From positions 1 to 32,000 of the forward strand of contig JANRLW010000115.1 in NCBI GenBank assembly GCA_033762295.1: DNA of 32,000 nucleotides. The letters are read 5' to 3'. The DNA comes from Capsulimonadales bacterium (GTDB lineage: Bacteria > Armatimonadota > Armatimonadia > Armatimonadales > Armatimonadaceae). Below the pieces are notes generated by a model. That model was not told the DNA's origin. It searched no databases and saw nothing but the letters and a program-made list of their open reading frames with translations. The position numbers were made by a program, and so were the translations under genes. Below, piece by piece: positions 1 to 6,545 of the stretch (positions are counted from its first letter, which is position 1; each line of letters starts with the position of its first letter).

Positions 1-489
1 TTCGAGAACGCTCTGCGACTGATCCTGCGCTCGGCGCAGTACCCGCTGACCTACACGCGCGAAAGCGGCGTCTATGTGGTCAAGATCCGCGAGATCGCGA
101 CGACGACCAACGCGGCTCCTCCCCCGGCCCCGCCGGAGGACGACCGCAACGACCGGGTGTACCAGCCTCTGGAGACGATCCAGCTGGTGTACGTGGACCC
201 GGCGGACCTGTCGGCGGCGATCGGCCCGATCACCTTCATCCAGTATAACGTCCGTGGTCAGGGCATGGGTGGTGGCATGATGGGCGGTATGGGCGGTGGA
301 ATGATGGGTGGTATGGGTGGCATGATGGGCGGCATGGGTGGCGGAATGATGGGTGGTATGGGCGGCATGATGGGCGGCATGGGCGGTATGGGCGGCGGAA
401 TGATGGGTGGTATGGGCGGTGGAATGATGGGCGGAGGCTTCGGAGGCGGTATGATGGGCGGAGGCTTCGGAGGCGGACGCGGATTTTAA
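1..489 (+). CDS. Partial (5' end outside window) secretin-N/STN-like domain protein ending in a ~75-aa Gly/Met-rich low-complexity tail
   Basis: Frame 1 is open from base 1 (FENALRLILRSAQYPLTYTRESGVYVVKIRE...) and runs into track ORF 76..489. 'ALRLIL..L.Y..E.GVY.V' resembles the short secretin/TonB N-terminal (STN) motif. 'ETIQLVYVDPADLSAAI' resembles a secretin-N beta-alpha unit. TAA at 487-489 is followed by a hairpin. The family call is from motif memory only. Confidence 0.55.
   Translation, partial: FENALRLILRSAQYPLTYTRESGVYVVKIREIATTTNAAPPPAPPEDDRNDRVYQPLETIQLVYVDPADLSAAIGPITFIQYNVRGQGMGGGMMGGMGGGMMGGMGGMMGGMGGGMMGGMGGMMGGMGGMGGGMMGGMGGGMMGGGFGGGMMGGGFGGGRGF
256..486 (+). repeat. Degenerate in-frame tandem repeat encoding (M/G)n: GQGMGGGMMGGMGGGMMGGMGGMMGG...GGGFGGGMMGGGFGGGRGF
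   Basis: Direct reading shows reiterated atgggYggY/atgatgggYggY units with synonymous variation, ending in two GGGFGGG units just before the stop codon. Confidence 0.9.
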
Positions 490-504
490 GCCCTGCAACC
501 CTTT

Positions 505-537
505 CCCCCTCCCGTCTAAACGGGAGGGGGGATTTCG
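505..537 (+). terminator. Candidate intrinsic terminator between convergent genes
   Basis: Perfect 10-bp GC-rich stem ccccctcccg (505-514) / cgggaggggg (521-530) with loop tctaaa, followed by gatttcg. It lies 16 nt after the TAA of the plus-strand gene and 49 nt beyond the stop of the convergent minus-strand gene. Confidence 0.55.
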
Positions 538-578
538 TAACGTTGGTTCCACCGTCGGAGAGATCGAGGTGAGAGGGT

Positions 579-1379
579 TTACCTGGTCAGAACCTTCCAG
601 TTCTTGTAAAAGAGATAGTTGATACCGCGCAGAAAGACCCGCAAACCGTCAACGACCACCGAAAGCAGTGCGGTTAACGGCGACGGCCGGAGAATATCGA
701 CGAAGAGACAGTAGCGCGCTTTGTCGGACTCGTTGAATGACTGGTGCAGAAGCGTATCATCAAAGATGAAAAGCTTTTCATCGCACCAGTAATGCTTGAC
801 CTTTCCCACTTCGATATAGGCCGAATTGTCCTCCATCGTGTTGATGTTGTACAGCACGCGCAACGTCGCCCGAAGCGGTCCGAAATGGCGCGACGTGGAC
901 TCCCGTTGATTGAAGACGGAAACCCCGATCGTTCGTATGTAGCGATATTTCTCCTGGAAGGCGGGGGCATGGACGAATGTTTCCACATTTGCGCCATACC
1001 ACTTGAAAAAGATCATTGTCCGCGGCTGAGTTCGGGTCCTTTCCTCCAGTTGACCGACCAGATCGATCTCATGACTCTCGTCGATCAGTTTGCGGATCTC
1101 CTGTTGATACGACTTCGGCAGGTCCTCCAGGCGATAAATCCCCCGGTTCGTGTACGGCAGCGCCAGGATATCCATCAGAATATTGAACGGTGACAGAATC
1201 CAGGTCAAAAGCCCGTTGCCGAAAAAATACTGCAGAACGACGGAGGTATCGAGTTTGCGATTCCGTACCACGTCATAGGTTCCGCACAACAGGAAAAACG
1301 CGGTCCACCAGGGGAAGAAATAGGCGAGCGGTACGAGAATCACCAGCGCCTTGAGGATCGTCCGAGTCGTTTTTTTCAC
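579..1379 (-). CDS. Membrane-anchored aspartyl/asparaginyl beta-hydroxylase family protein (AspH/LpxO-like Fe(II)/2-oxoglutarate oxygenase)
   Basis: 266-aa ORF with a GTG start at 1379 and AAAGAG 8-13 nt upstream. The N-terminus is hydrophobic (ILKALVILVPLAYFFPWWTAFFLLCG). The C-terminal block SRHFGPLRATLRVLYNI...IEVG...HYWCDEKLFIFDDTLLHQSFNESDKARYCLFVDILRP lines up with the LpxO/AspH core pattern (H..P....LR.....V.....W.......FD.T..H...N....R..LF.D..RP). Confidence 0.75.
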   Translation of the reverse strand: MKKTTRTILKALVILVPLAYFFPWWTAFFLLCGTYDVVRNRKLDTSVVLQYFFGNGLLTWILSPFNILMDILALPYTNRGIYRLEDLPKSYQQEIRKLIDESHEIDLVGQLEERTRTQPRTMIFFKWYGANVETFVHAPAFQEKYRYIRTIGVSVFNQRESTSRHFGPLRATLRVLYNINTMEDNSAYIEVGKVKHYWCDEKLFIFDDTLLHQSFNESDKARYCLFVDILRPSPLTALLSVVVDGLRVFLRGINYLFYKNWKVLTR

Positions 1380-1451
1380 GATGGCACTCTTTTTGAAAGA
1401 TTGGTCCGGTTTGCGGGTTGCGACCCGGTTGCCGTACCCGGCTTAGTATAT

Positions 1452-1492
1452 CCCAGAAAAGAGAACGGCTTCCGGGGAGTTCCCGGAAGCCG
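1452..1492 (-). terminator. Rho-independent terminator of the beta-helix gene
   Basis: Perfect 11-bp stem cggcttccggg (1466-1476) / cccggaagccg (1482-1492) with a 5-nt loop, 22 nt downstream of the stop at 1514. On the minus strand it is followed by TTCTCTTTTCTGGG. Confidence 0.65.
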
Positions 1493-1513
1493 CGAGTTCC
1501 GTATCTCGAACTA

Positions 1514-2671
1514 TCAGGGTTCCTGACCGGTTGCACTTCTCCAGGCATTGAGGCTGTCATACTCCGTCGCACCCCAGATCGCATGGAAAAACGGTGTCAG
1601 ATAGCAGTTGTCCCGGAAGAGCAGGTTTGGCTGCAGGGCGAGGTCGGGCACTTTGATCATTGTCCGATTGCCCTGAGGAATGAACAGGTTTCTCCGAATG
1701 GTGACATTGACATTCGTCATTCCGTCCTTTACCTGCAGGACGCCAAACGGTCCCTCCGCCGTCGGAAGCGGGTTGTTGCCGAAGATGAAGGTGTTCCCCT
1801 CGACCAGAAGACCGTCCATACCTCCGCCAAAGGTAAACCCGCCGCCATTGCTTATTCCGTCGTTCACGCTGAGATTGTAACGGACTTTGTTGTTTCGCAT
1901 CGGACGGGCCGAGTAAAATTCGTAGACGAGGAAGCCACTGCCAAAGTTATCGTGGCTGTAATTATACTCCATGACGCAGTTGACGCAGCCGCCATCGAGA
2001 TCGAATCCACCGCCGTCGATGGTCATCGACCGGTTTCGATAACTCTCATTGAACCGGATCACGACGTTTTTGGATTCCCAGGCCCAGATACCGACCGGCC
2101 CGCCCCCCTTGTGATCGTTCTTCGCCCCGTTCTCGAAGGCGACACTACATTCGATCATTCCGTTCTCCACATCCGAGAGAACGATTCCGTTGCCGCTGTT
2201 ATTGCCTTTGTTGGCGAAACCGGTGTTTCGATAGGCGCAGCATCCGCCGACGTAGACGTTCTCATGGCTGTAGCCGGGGATGAGCGACTCCGGAAAATCC
2301 GGACCGTAGTAGGAGTTAAAACTTCCGTAGGTGTAAATCCCGCCGTCGCCATTGTCGTGGGCGACGACATTGGTAATCCGAACGTTTTTGAAACCGGTCT
2401 TGATCGCGACATAGTTCTCGTAATCGTAGACATACGCGCCGATCGAGACGCCGTTGACACCGAAACCGCTCACTTCGACGTTGTGGATTTGAACCGTATC
2501 CAGCTTGTTGCCGACGATCGGAATATCGGAAAAGAAGGAGATTCCGTCCTTTAGATTGCCATTATCGCGTCCGACCCCTACCGCATTTAGGTTCTCGATG
2601 CGGATTCCGGCGGTGTCGTAGGCGAAGCGCCTGGGCGAAAACCGGGAAAACGATCGCCGCAAGTATGGCAA
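1514..2671 (-). CDS. Right-handed parallel beta-helix repeat protein (pectate-lyase-fold body); probably the body of a pilin-like (prepilin-leader) protein, see 2562..2741
   Basis: The 385-aa track ORF starts at a TTG that is probably not the true start. It has reiterated beta-helix rungs (NVRITNVVAHDNGDGGIY, NGIVLSDVENGMIECSVAFENG, NVVIRFNESYRN, VNCVMEYNYSHDN, NNKVRYNLSVNDG, LLVEGNTFIFG). This frame is closed by a stop at 2681-2683. Confidence 0.75.
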   Translation of the reverse strand: MPYLRRSFSRFSPRRFAYDTAGIRIENLNAVGVGRDNGNLKDGISFFSDIPIVGNKLDTVQIHNVEVSGFGVNGVSIGAYVYDYENYVAIKTGFKNVRITNVVAHDNGDGGIYTYGSFNSYYGPDFPESLIPGYSHENVYVGGCCAYRNTGFANKGNNSGNGIVLSDVENGMIECSVAFENGAKNDHKGGGPVGIWAWESKNVVIRFNESYRNRSMTIDGGGFDLDGGCVNCVMEYNYSHDNFGSGFLVYEFYSARPMRNNKVRYNLSVNDGISNGGGFTFGGGMDGLLVEGNTFIFGNNPLPTAEGPFGVLQVKDGMTNVNVTIRRNLFIPQGNRTMIKVPDLALQPNLLFRDNCYLTPFFHAIWGATEYDSLNAWRSATGQEP

Positions 2672-2741
2672 TAATAGCGATTACTATTAAAAGTTCTATC
2701 AGCGTAAAGCCGAACCGCACGGATACACCGCTCCTACGCAT
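2562..2741 (-). CDS. 59-aa ORF encoding a prepilin-type N-terminal cleavage/methylation leader, out of frame with the downstream beta-helix ORF (likely its displaced N-terminus)
   Basis: My own translation from the ATG at 2741 gives MRRSGVSVRFGFTLIELLIVIAIIAILAAIVFPVFAQALRLRHRRNPHREPKCGRGRTR*. 'GFTLIELLIVIAIIAILAAI' is the classic type IV pilin-like G/FTLIE leader plus hydrophobic helix. GAAAGGG lies 10-16 nt upstream. The ORF is absent from the track only because it is under 60 aa. Confidence 0.6.
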   Translation of the reverse strand: MRRSGVSVRFGFTLIELLIVIAIIAILAAIVFPVFAQALRLRHRRNPHREPKCGRGRTR

Positions 2742-2938
2742 AGTTGGAACGCCCTTTCAACAGGAGATACCGGGATCCCCAGCGGAACCCGGTCGTTATA
2801 ACAGATACGCCCAATCCGAGTTTCGGCGAGATATGTTTGGCTGCTTAGGAAGACAAACCGAAGGAAGAAGAAATTTATTGTTCTTGACGACTTACCATAA
2901 GGTTTACGGGAAGGGCGTGAGCCTCGTGCGTAGGTGCG

Positions 2939-4738
2939 TTAGCCGCCGTGCGGAACGTCCACCGGACGCTCACGGTGCGTCATCACCCAGTCGCCGTTCT
3001 CCGCCAGAGACTCCTGCCCCAGTTCCGTCAGCAGTTGTCGCGCCTCCTCGTACTCGCCGGCGGCAAGACGCCGATGCAAACGATGTTCCGCCAGCACGAA
3101 AAGATGGCCCATCCGTTCATACTGCCTGGCATGCTCGGACAGAGCCCGTTTGTCGACGTAGGTATGCAGCGCCCCGGCCAGGGCGGCGAGCAGGAAAACG
3201 GCGATAATCAGCAGTTTGTGGGCCAGGGGATACCCGTGCATCCAATCCTGAACCGGCGACGGAATCAGTTCCGCCAGCGCCGTGAGCAGAGCGACCACCG
3301 GGCTGGTGGCGATCAGCACCTGAATCGCCTCCTCCAGACGTTCCAGACGGCTCTCCTCCCGATGCGTCGCCCGCTCGAAATACCGCGCCTGATCCGCCAC
3401 CCAGTGTTTCTGAACGTACCCGAGATGCTCCGCCGTTCCGAGCGGCGCGGTTCCCTCAGCGCCGGCATTCTCCGAAAGGTTCCGGATCGCGATCCGTATC
3501 CAGTCCAGTTCCCCCCGCTGCTTCCGCAGGTAGTTGTCGGCGACCGAGGTCCCGATTCCGGCAAGCCTCCAAAAAAACTCCACGCGCAACCCTTCGGCCA
3601 GGGCACGATAGTCCTGATACCGATCCTGCCACGCGCCCCGACTGACCGTCGAATACCAGAGAACCCAGGCGACACCGATCATACCCGGAAAGATCAAGCC
3701 CAGGCGAGCGTTATCCGGTGCTAGTTTCGCCGACAGTTCGAACGCGACGCCCGCCAGAAAGACGATGCCTATCAGGAGTTTCAGCATGCCAAAGGTGCGT
3801 TGCTGATACTCCTGCGCCAGCGTATCGGTCAGGGCGTAAGCCTGGCGAAGCGTCCGCAAGGCCGGGTCCAGAGTGGCGGCCGTTTCGTCGGCGATCAGAT
3901 ACCCGGCATTCCTCCGGAGTTTCGCCGACAGATCGGGGTCCGCCTCCGCCCGCAAGACATTCCGGTTGAACTCCTCCATATTGGCGAAGATGCGATCGAA
4001 CGTCGCCTGGGACTCCGGAATGGCCTCGCCCTCTTCCTCGTCCGTTACCTTCTTTCCGGGATAGTACCGGTTCAGGGTAAACGGCTCCCCTTTCAGTTCA
4101 GGATGGTGACGCCGTGGGGTGACGATATGGTAGACCGGCCCGGTCTCCGGCGGATCGAGCGTGCTGCCGGAAGCGGATTCGGTTTCGAGCAGGGTCGCCA
4201 GCAAACGTTCCGGTATCCCCTCATGCCGGTATTCCAGAATCGTGCCGGTGCCGCCCCCCTCGCCACGGGAAACGCCGTTCCACAGCGCGATCAGGATCTG
4301 GCAGTGACGGACCACGTACGCTCCGACCAGGGCATACTGCTCCGCGCGACACGCCGCGTCACAGACGTTCCCGGCGTCATTTCCGGGCAGATACGGCAGT
4401 TCGAGGGAACGATCGGCCCGCGCCAGTAGCGACCGGAACTCCTCCAGGGACTCGGAAGTCGAAAAATCCTTCTCGTATTCGGCCTGAACCATCGGCAAAG
4501 GCACAATCAACCGGACCCCACGCGCCAGAGCGATCCGGGCGACCAGGCGATCGGCTCCCTCGGCCAGCGGCGAAAGAATATGCAACGGGGTATGGGGATA
4601 TGCGGCTTCCAGTTCGGCGAAAAGGGCGGCGACCTGCGCTTCCAGTTTCGCGGTATCCTCGGGGCGCAGGTCGCGATGTCCGGTGATCCCGACCACCAGC
4701 GGTAAGGGACCATACTTTTTGTCGCCACGGTTTTGCAT
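2939..4738 (-). CDS. SLOG (LOG/DprA-like Rossmannoid) domain fused to two SLATT-like 2TM modules (4 predicted TM helices)
   Basis: I place the start at the ATG at 4738 (MQNRGDKKYG..., AAGGA about 10 nt upstream). The track start at 4960 would overlap the upstream gene with Arg/Pro-rich junk. N-terminal motifs are LVVGITGHRD, SPLAEGADRLVARIAL (GxD as in DprA/YpsA) and GEGGGTGTILEY (compare the LOG PGGxGTxxE motif). Hydrophobic pairs are FGMLKLLIGIVFLAGVAFELS / LGLIFPGMIGVAWVLWYSTV followed by WQDRYQDYRALAEGL, and IQVLIATSPVVALLTALAELI / KLLIIAVFLLAALAGALHTYV preceded by HWVADQARYFERA (DUF4231/SLATT-like). Confidence 0.7.
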   Translation of the reverse strand: MQNRGDKKYGPLPLVVGITGHRDLRPEDTAKLEAQVAALFAELEAAYPHTPLHILSPLAEGADRLVARIALARGVRLIVPLPMVQAEYEKDFSTSESLEEFRSLLARADRSLELPYLPGNDAGNVCDAACRAEQYALVGAYVVRHCQILIALWNGVSRGEGGGTGTILEYRHEGIPERLLATLLETESASGSTLDPPETGPVYHIVTPRRHHPELKGEPFTLNRYYPGKKVTDEEEGEAIPESQATFDRIFANMEEFNRNVLRAEADPDLSAKLRRNAGYLIADETAATLDPALRTLRQAYALTDTLAQEYQQRTFGMLKLLIGIVFLAGVAFELSAKLAPDNARLGLIFPGMIGVAWVLWYSTVSRGAWQDRYQDYRALAEGLRVEFFWRLAGIGTSVADNYLRKQRGELDWIRIAIRNLSENAGAEGTAPLGTAEHLGYVQKHWVADQARYFERATHREESRLERLEEAIQVLIATSPVVALLTALAELIPSPVQDWMHGYPLAHKLLIIAVFLLAALAGALHTYVDKRALSEHARQYERMGHLFVLAEHRLHRRLAAGEYEEARQLLTELGQESLAENGDWVMTHRERPVDVPHGG

Positions 4739-4769
4739 TTGTCTCGTCCTTTTCCTGTTGTTTCCCGAC

Positions 4770-6509
4770 TTAACGTCGGTAGACCTGGAACCCGGCCAGA
4801 GCAAGCGACTCGGGCAGTTCCCGAATGGTCTGCCGGTTGAACTCCCGGCCCTCCTCCGGCAGTTCCGGCCAGGGCACCAGGTTGGGATTGGTCTTCCGGT
4901 CCGGGTCGCGCGGTCCGAAAGTCCATCCCGCGGCCCGGCGCTCCGCCATCCAGCGCTCATGTTCCATCTGCGCCATCCGCTCGATCTCCTCGGGTGTGAA
5001 GGCGAAGGAGGACGCTTCCCAGTCGGTCAGGGGCGCGATATCGCAACCGATGGACCGCAGTTTGATGCCGATATCGTCCGCCTGGCGGCGATTGGACTCT
5101 TTCCACTCCTCCGAAAGGAACTCCCACGGCACGAGGGTCGGGTTCTGTTGTCCGGTCACGCCCGCCTTGTGCTGGTCGCGCAGGTAACGGGCATGAATGG
5201 CGTGTGCCAGCGCTTCATTAGCCCCGCCGAGAACGAATTCCGGCTGGCAGATCCGCTGCAAGAGGCCGATCGGATGCAGTTTCTCGAACCCGTGTCCGCT
5301 CGCCTGCGTCGATTCCAAAAGCGCTCCGAGGCCGGAATCCTGCGTCATCCGAAGCAGAATCGGTACGGGATGCTGGCGGAACCGGTGCAGGAGCGCCAAT
5401 CCGGCCGAAAGGCTCGCGCCGTCGTTCTCCAGACAGATATAGACGGCGGTGACGGTCACCCGTTTTGCTTCATCGTAGAGAAACGCGCCTCGATGAAACT
5501 CGGCGGAAGGCACGTCCATCACCAGGATTTCCGGATCGCACAGCGAGGCGAACCCCGAATCGTCGGGCCGAAGTTCCTCCAGGAGATCGCCCGTCCGGTC
5601 GATGACCGTGATCCGGAACCGTTCCGTTCCGCGACGGTGCTCGCGCCAGAGCCGAACGGAATGCAAAACGATATTTCGCGCCAATCGGCCTCCGCCGACC
5701 ACCAGGAGATGCGGCGTCCCTTCGACCCGTTCAAACGGCGGGTGCGCGGCCAACATCGCGCGCGCCCCGAGGTCGAAGACGTTGAAAAACTGGAGTCGGA
5801 ACGCGCCGACCGAAGAAATCTCCCAGCGCCGGAGCAAATACCACAGATCGGGATCGACGATATGCGCGGAGCAGGTCAGGGGGTTTCCCTTCCTGTTTTC
5901 GACCAGTTCGCGGGCGCGGGTCGCCACTTCCGCGTTTTTTCCGTCCTCGCCGCAGACGGCAATCAGGTAGCGGGCGCTGCCGACGTTGGCCTTGCGCAGC
6001 ATCTCCGGTTCGGCCGCATCTCCGACCAGCACGATCGCCCCGAGTTCCCGGCAGGCTTCCGACAGAACGTTGGTCTCGTTCTCCTCGATCGCCACGACCG
6101 TCAGGCCACGTTCCCGGAACGCTCGCGTCAGCAGATAGCCCTTCTCCCCCAGTCCGCAGACGACCACATGGTTGCGCAGACGGCGGAGACGCAGTCGCTG
6201 GAGCGAGTCGCTGCGGACAAAGTAGGCGGCAATCGCGGCGGTCGAGACGCCGAGGGTGCCGATCCCGACGAACATCAGGAAGACGGCGACGATCCGCCCG
6301 CCGATCGTCTTCGGGAAAATGTCTCCGTAGCCGATCGTGGTCATCGTTACCAGCGCCCACCAGAGGCTGTCCCCGTACGTCTGCACGGTTTCGTTTCGAC
6401 CGTGTTCGAAGTGGTAGAAGCCGGCGGCGGACAGCAGAGCGATGACAATCACCAGGCTGATGATGGTCAGAAGATAGGTACGCAGGGAGCCTCGACCGGA
6501 TTCATTCAT
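4770..6509 (-). CDS. Two-TM K+ channel (TIGYGD filter) with tandem Rossmann/TrkA-N (RCK-like) modules and two C-terminal RyR (ryanodine-receptor) repeats
   Basis: 579-aa ORF. TM1 is LLTIISLVIVIALLSAAGFY, the pore is SLWWALVTMTTIGYGDIFP and TM2 is IVAVFLMFVGIGTLGVSTAAIAAYF. There is a GxGxxG (VVVCGLGEKGYLL) and a second LLVVGGGRLARNIV. The RyR-type repeats are ALAHAIHARYLRDQ...NPTLVPWEFLSEEWKESNRRQADDI and MAQMEHERWMAERRAAGWTFGPRDPDRKTNPNLVPWPELPEEGREFNRQTI. The stop lies 31 nt before the next start. Confidence 0.85.
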   Translation of the reverse strand: MNESGRGSLRTYLLTIISLVIVIALLSAAGFYHFEHGRNETVQTYGDSLWWALVTMTTIGYGDIFPKTIGGRIVAVFLMFVGIGTLGVSTAAIAAYFVRSDSLQRLRLRRLRNHVVVCGLGEKGYLLTRAFRERGLTVVAIEENETNVLSEACRELGAIVLVGDAAEPEMLRKANVGSARYLIAVCGEDGKNAEVATRARELVENRKGNPLTCSAHIVDPDLWYLLRRWEISSVGAFRLQFFNVFDLGARAMLAAHPPFERVEGTPHLLVVGGGRLARNIVLHSVRLWREHRRGTERFRITVIDRTGDLLEELRPDDSGFASLCDPEILVMDVPSAEFHRGAFLYDEAKRVTVTAVYICLENDGASLSAGLALLHRFRQHPVPILLRMTQDSGLGALLESTQASGHGFEKLHPIGLLQRICQPEFVLGGANEALAHAIHARYLRDQHKAGVTGQQNPTLVPWEFLSEEWKESNRRQADDIGIKLRSIGCDIAPLTDWEASSFAFTPEEIERMAQMEHERWMAERRAAGWTFGPRDPDRKTNPNLVPWPELPEEGREFNRQTIRELPESLALAGFQVYRR

Positions 6510-6545
6510 TGAAAGGCATCATGGCGAATTTTCTCGATCGGTTCT

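Noticed and set aside
256-486. Reading the (GGM)n tail as evidence of a GroEL/chaperonin gene
   Set aside because: Only the low-complexity tail resembles GroEL. The upstream sequence is secretin-N/STN-like and has no chaperonin motifs.
579-1379. The H-F-G (rather than H-x-D/E) iron-ligand position in the hydroxylase as a sign of a halogenase-like or inactive enzyme
   Set aside because: As far as I recall, AspH-type members of this family naturally use a two-His site with Gly at this position, so the feature is probably native and not anomalous.
4739-4960. N-terminal 74-aa extension of the SLOG-SLATT ORF (track start 4960)
   Set aside because: It would overlap the 3' end of the K+ channel gene and is Arg/Pro/Gly-rich junk. 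An ATG with a Shine-Dalgarno-like AAGGA at 4738 begins the conserved domain.
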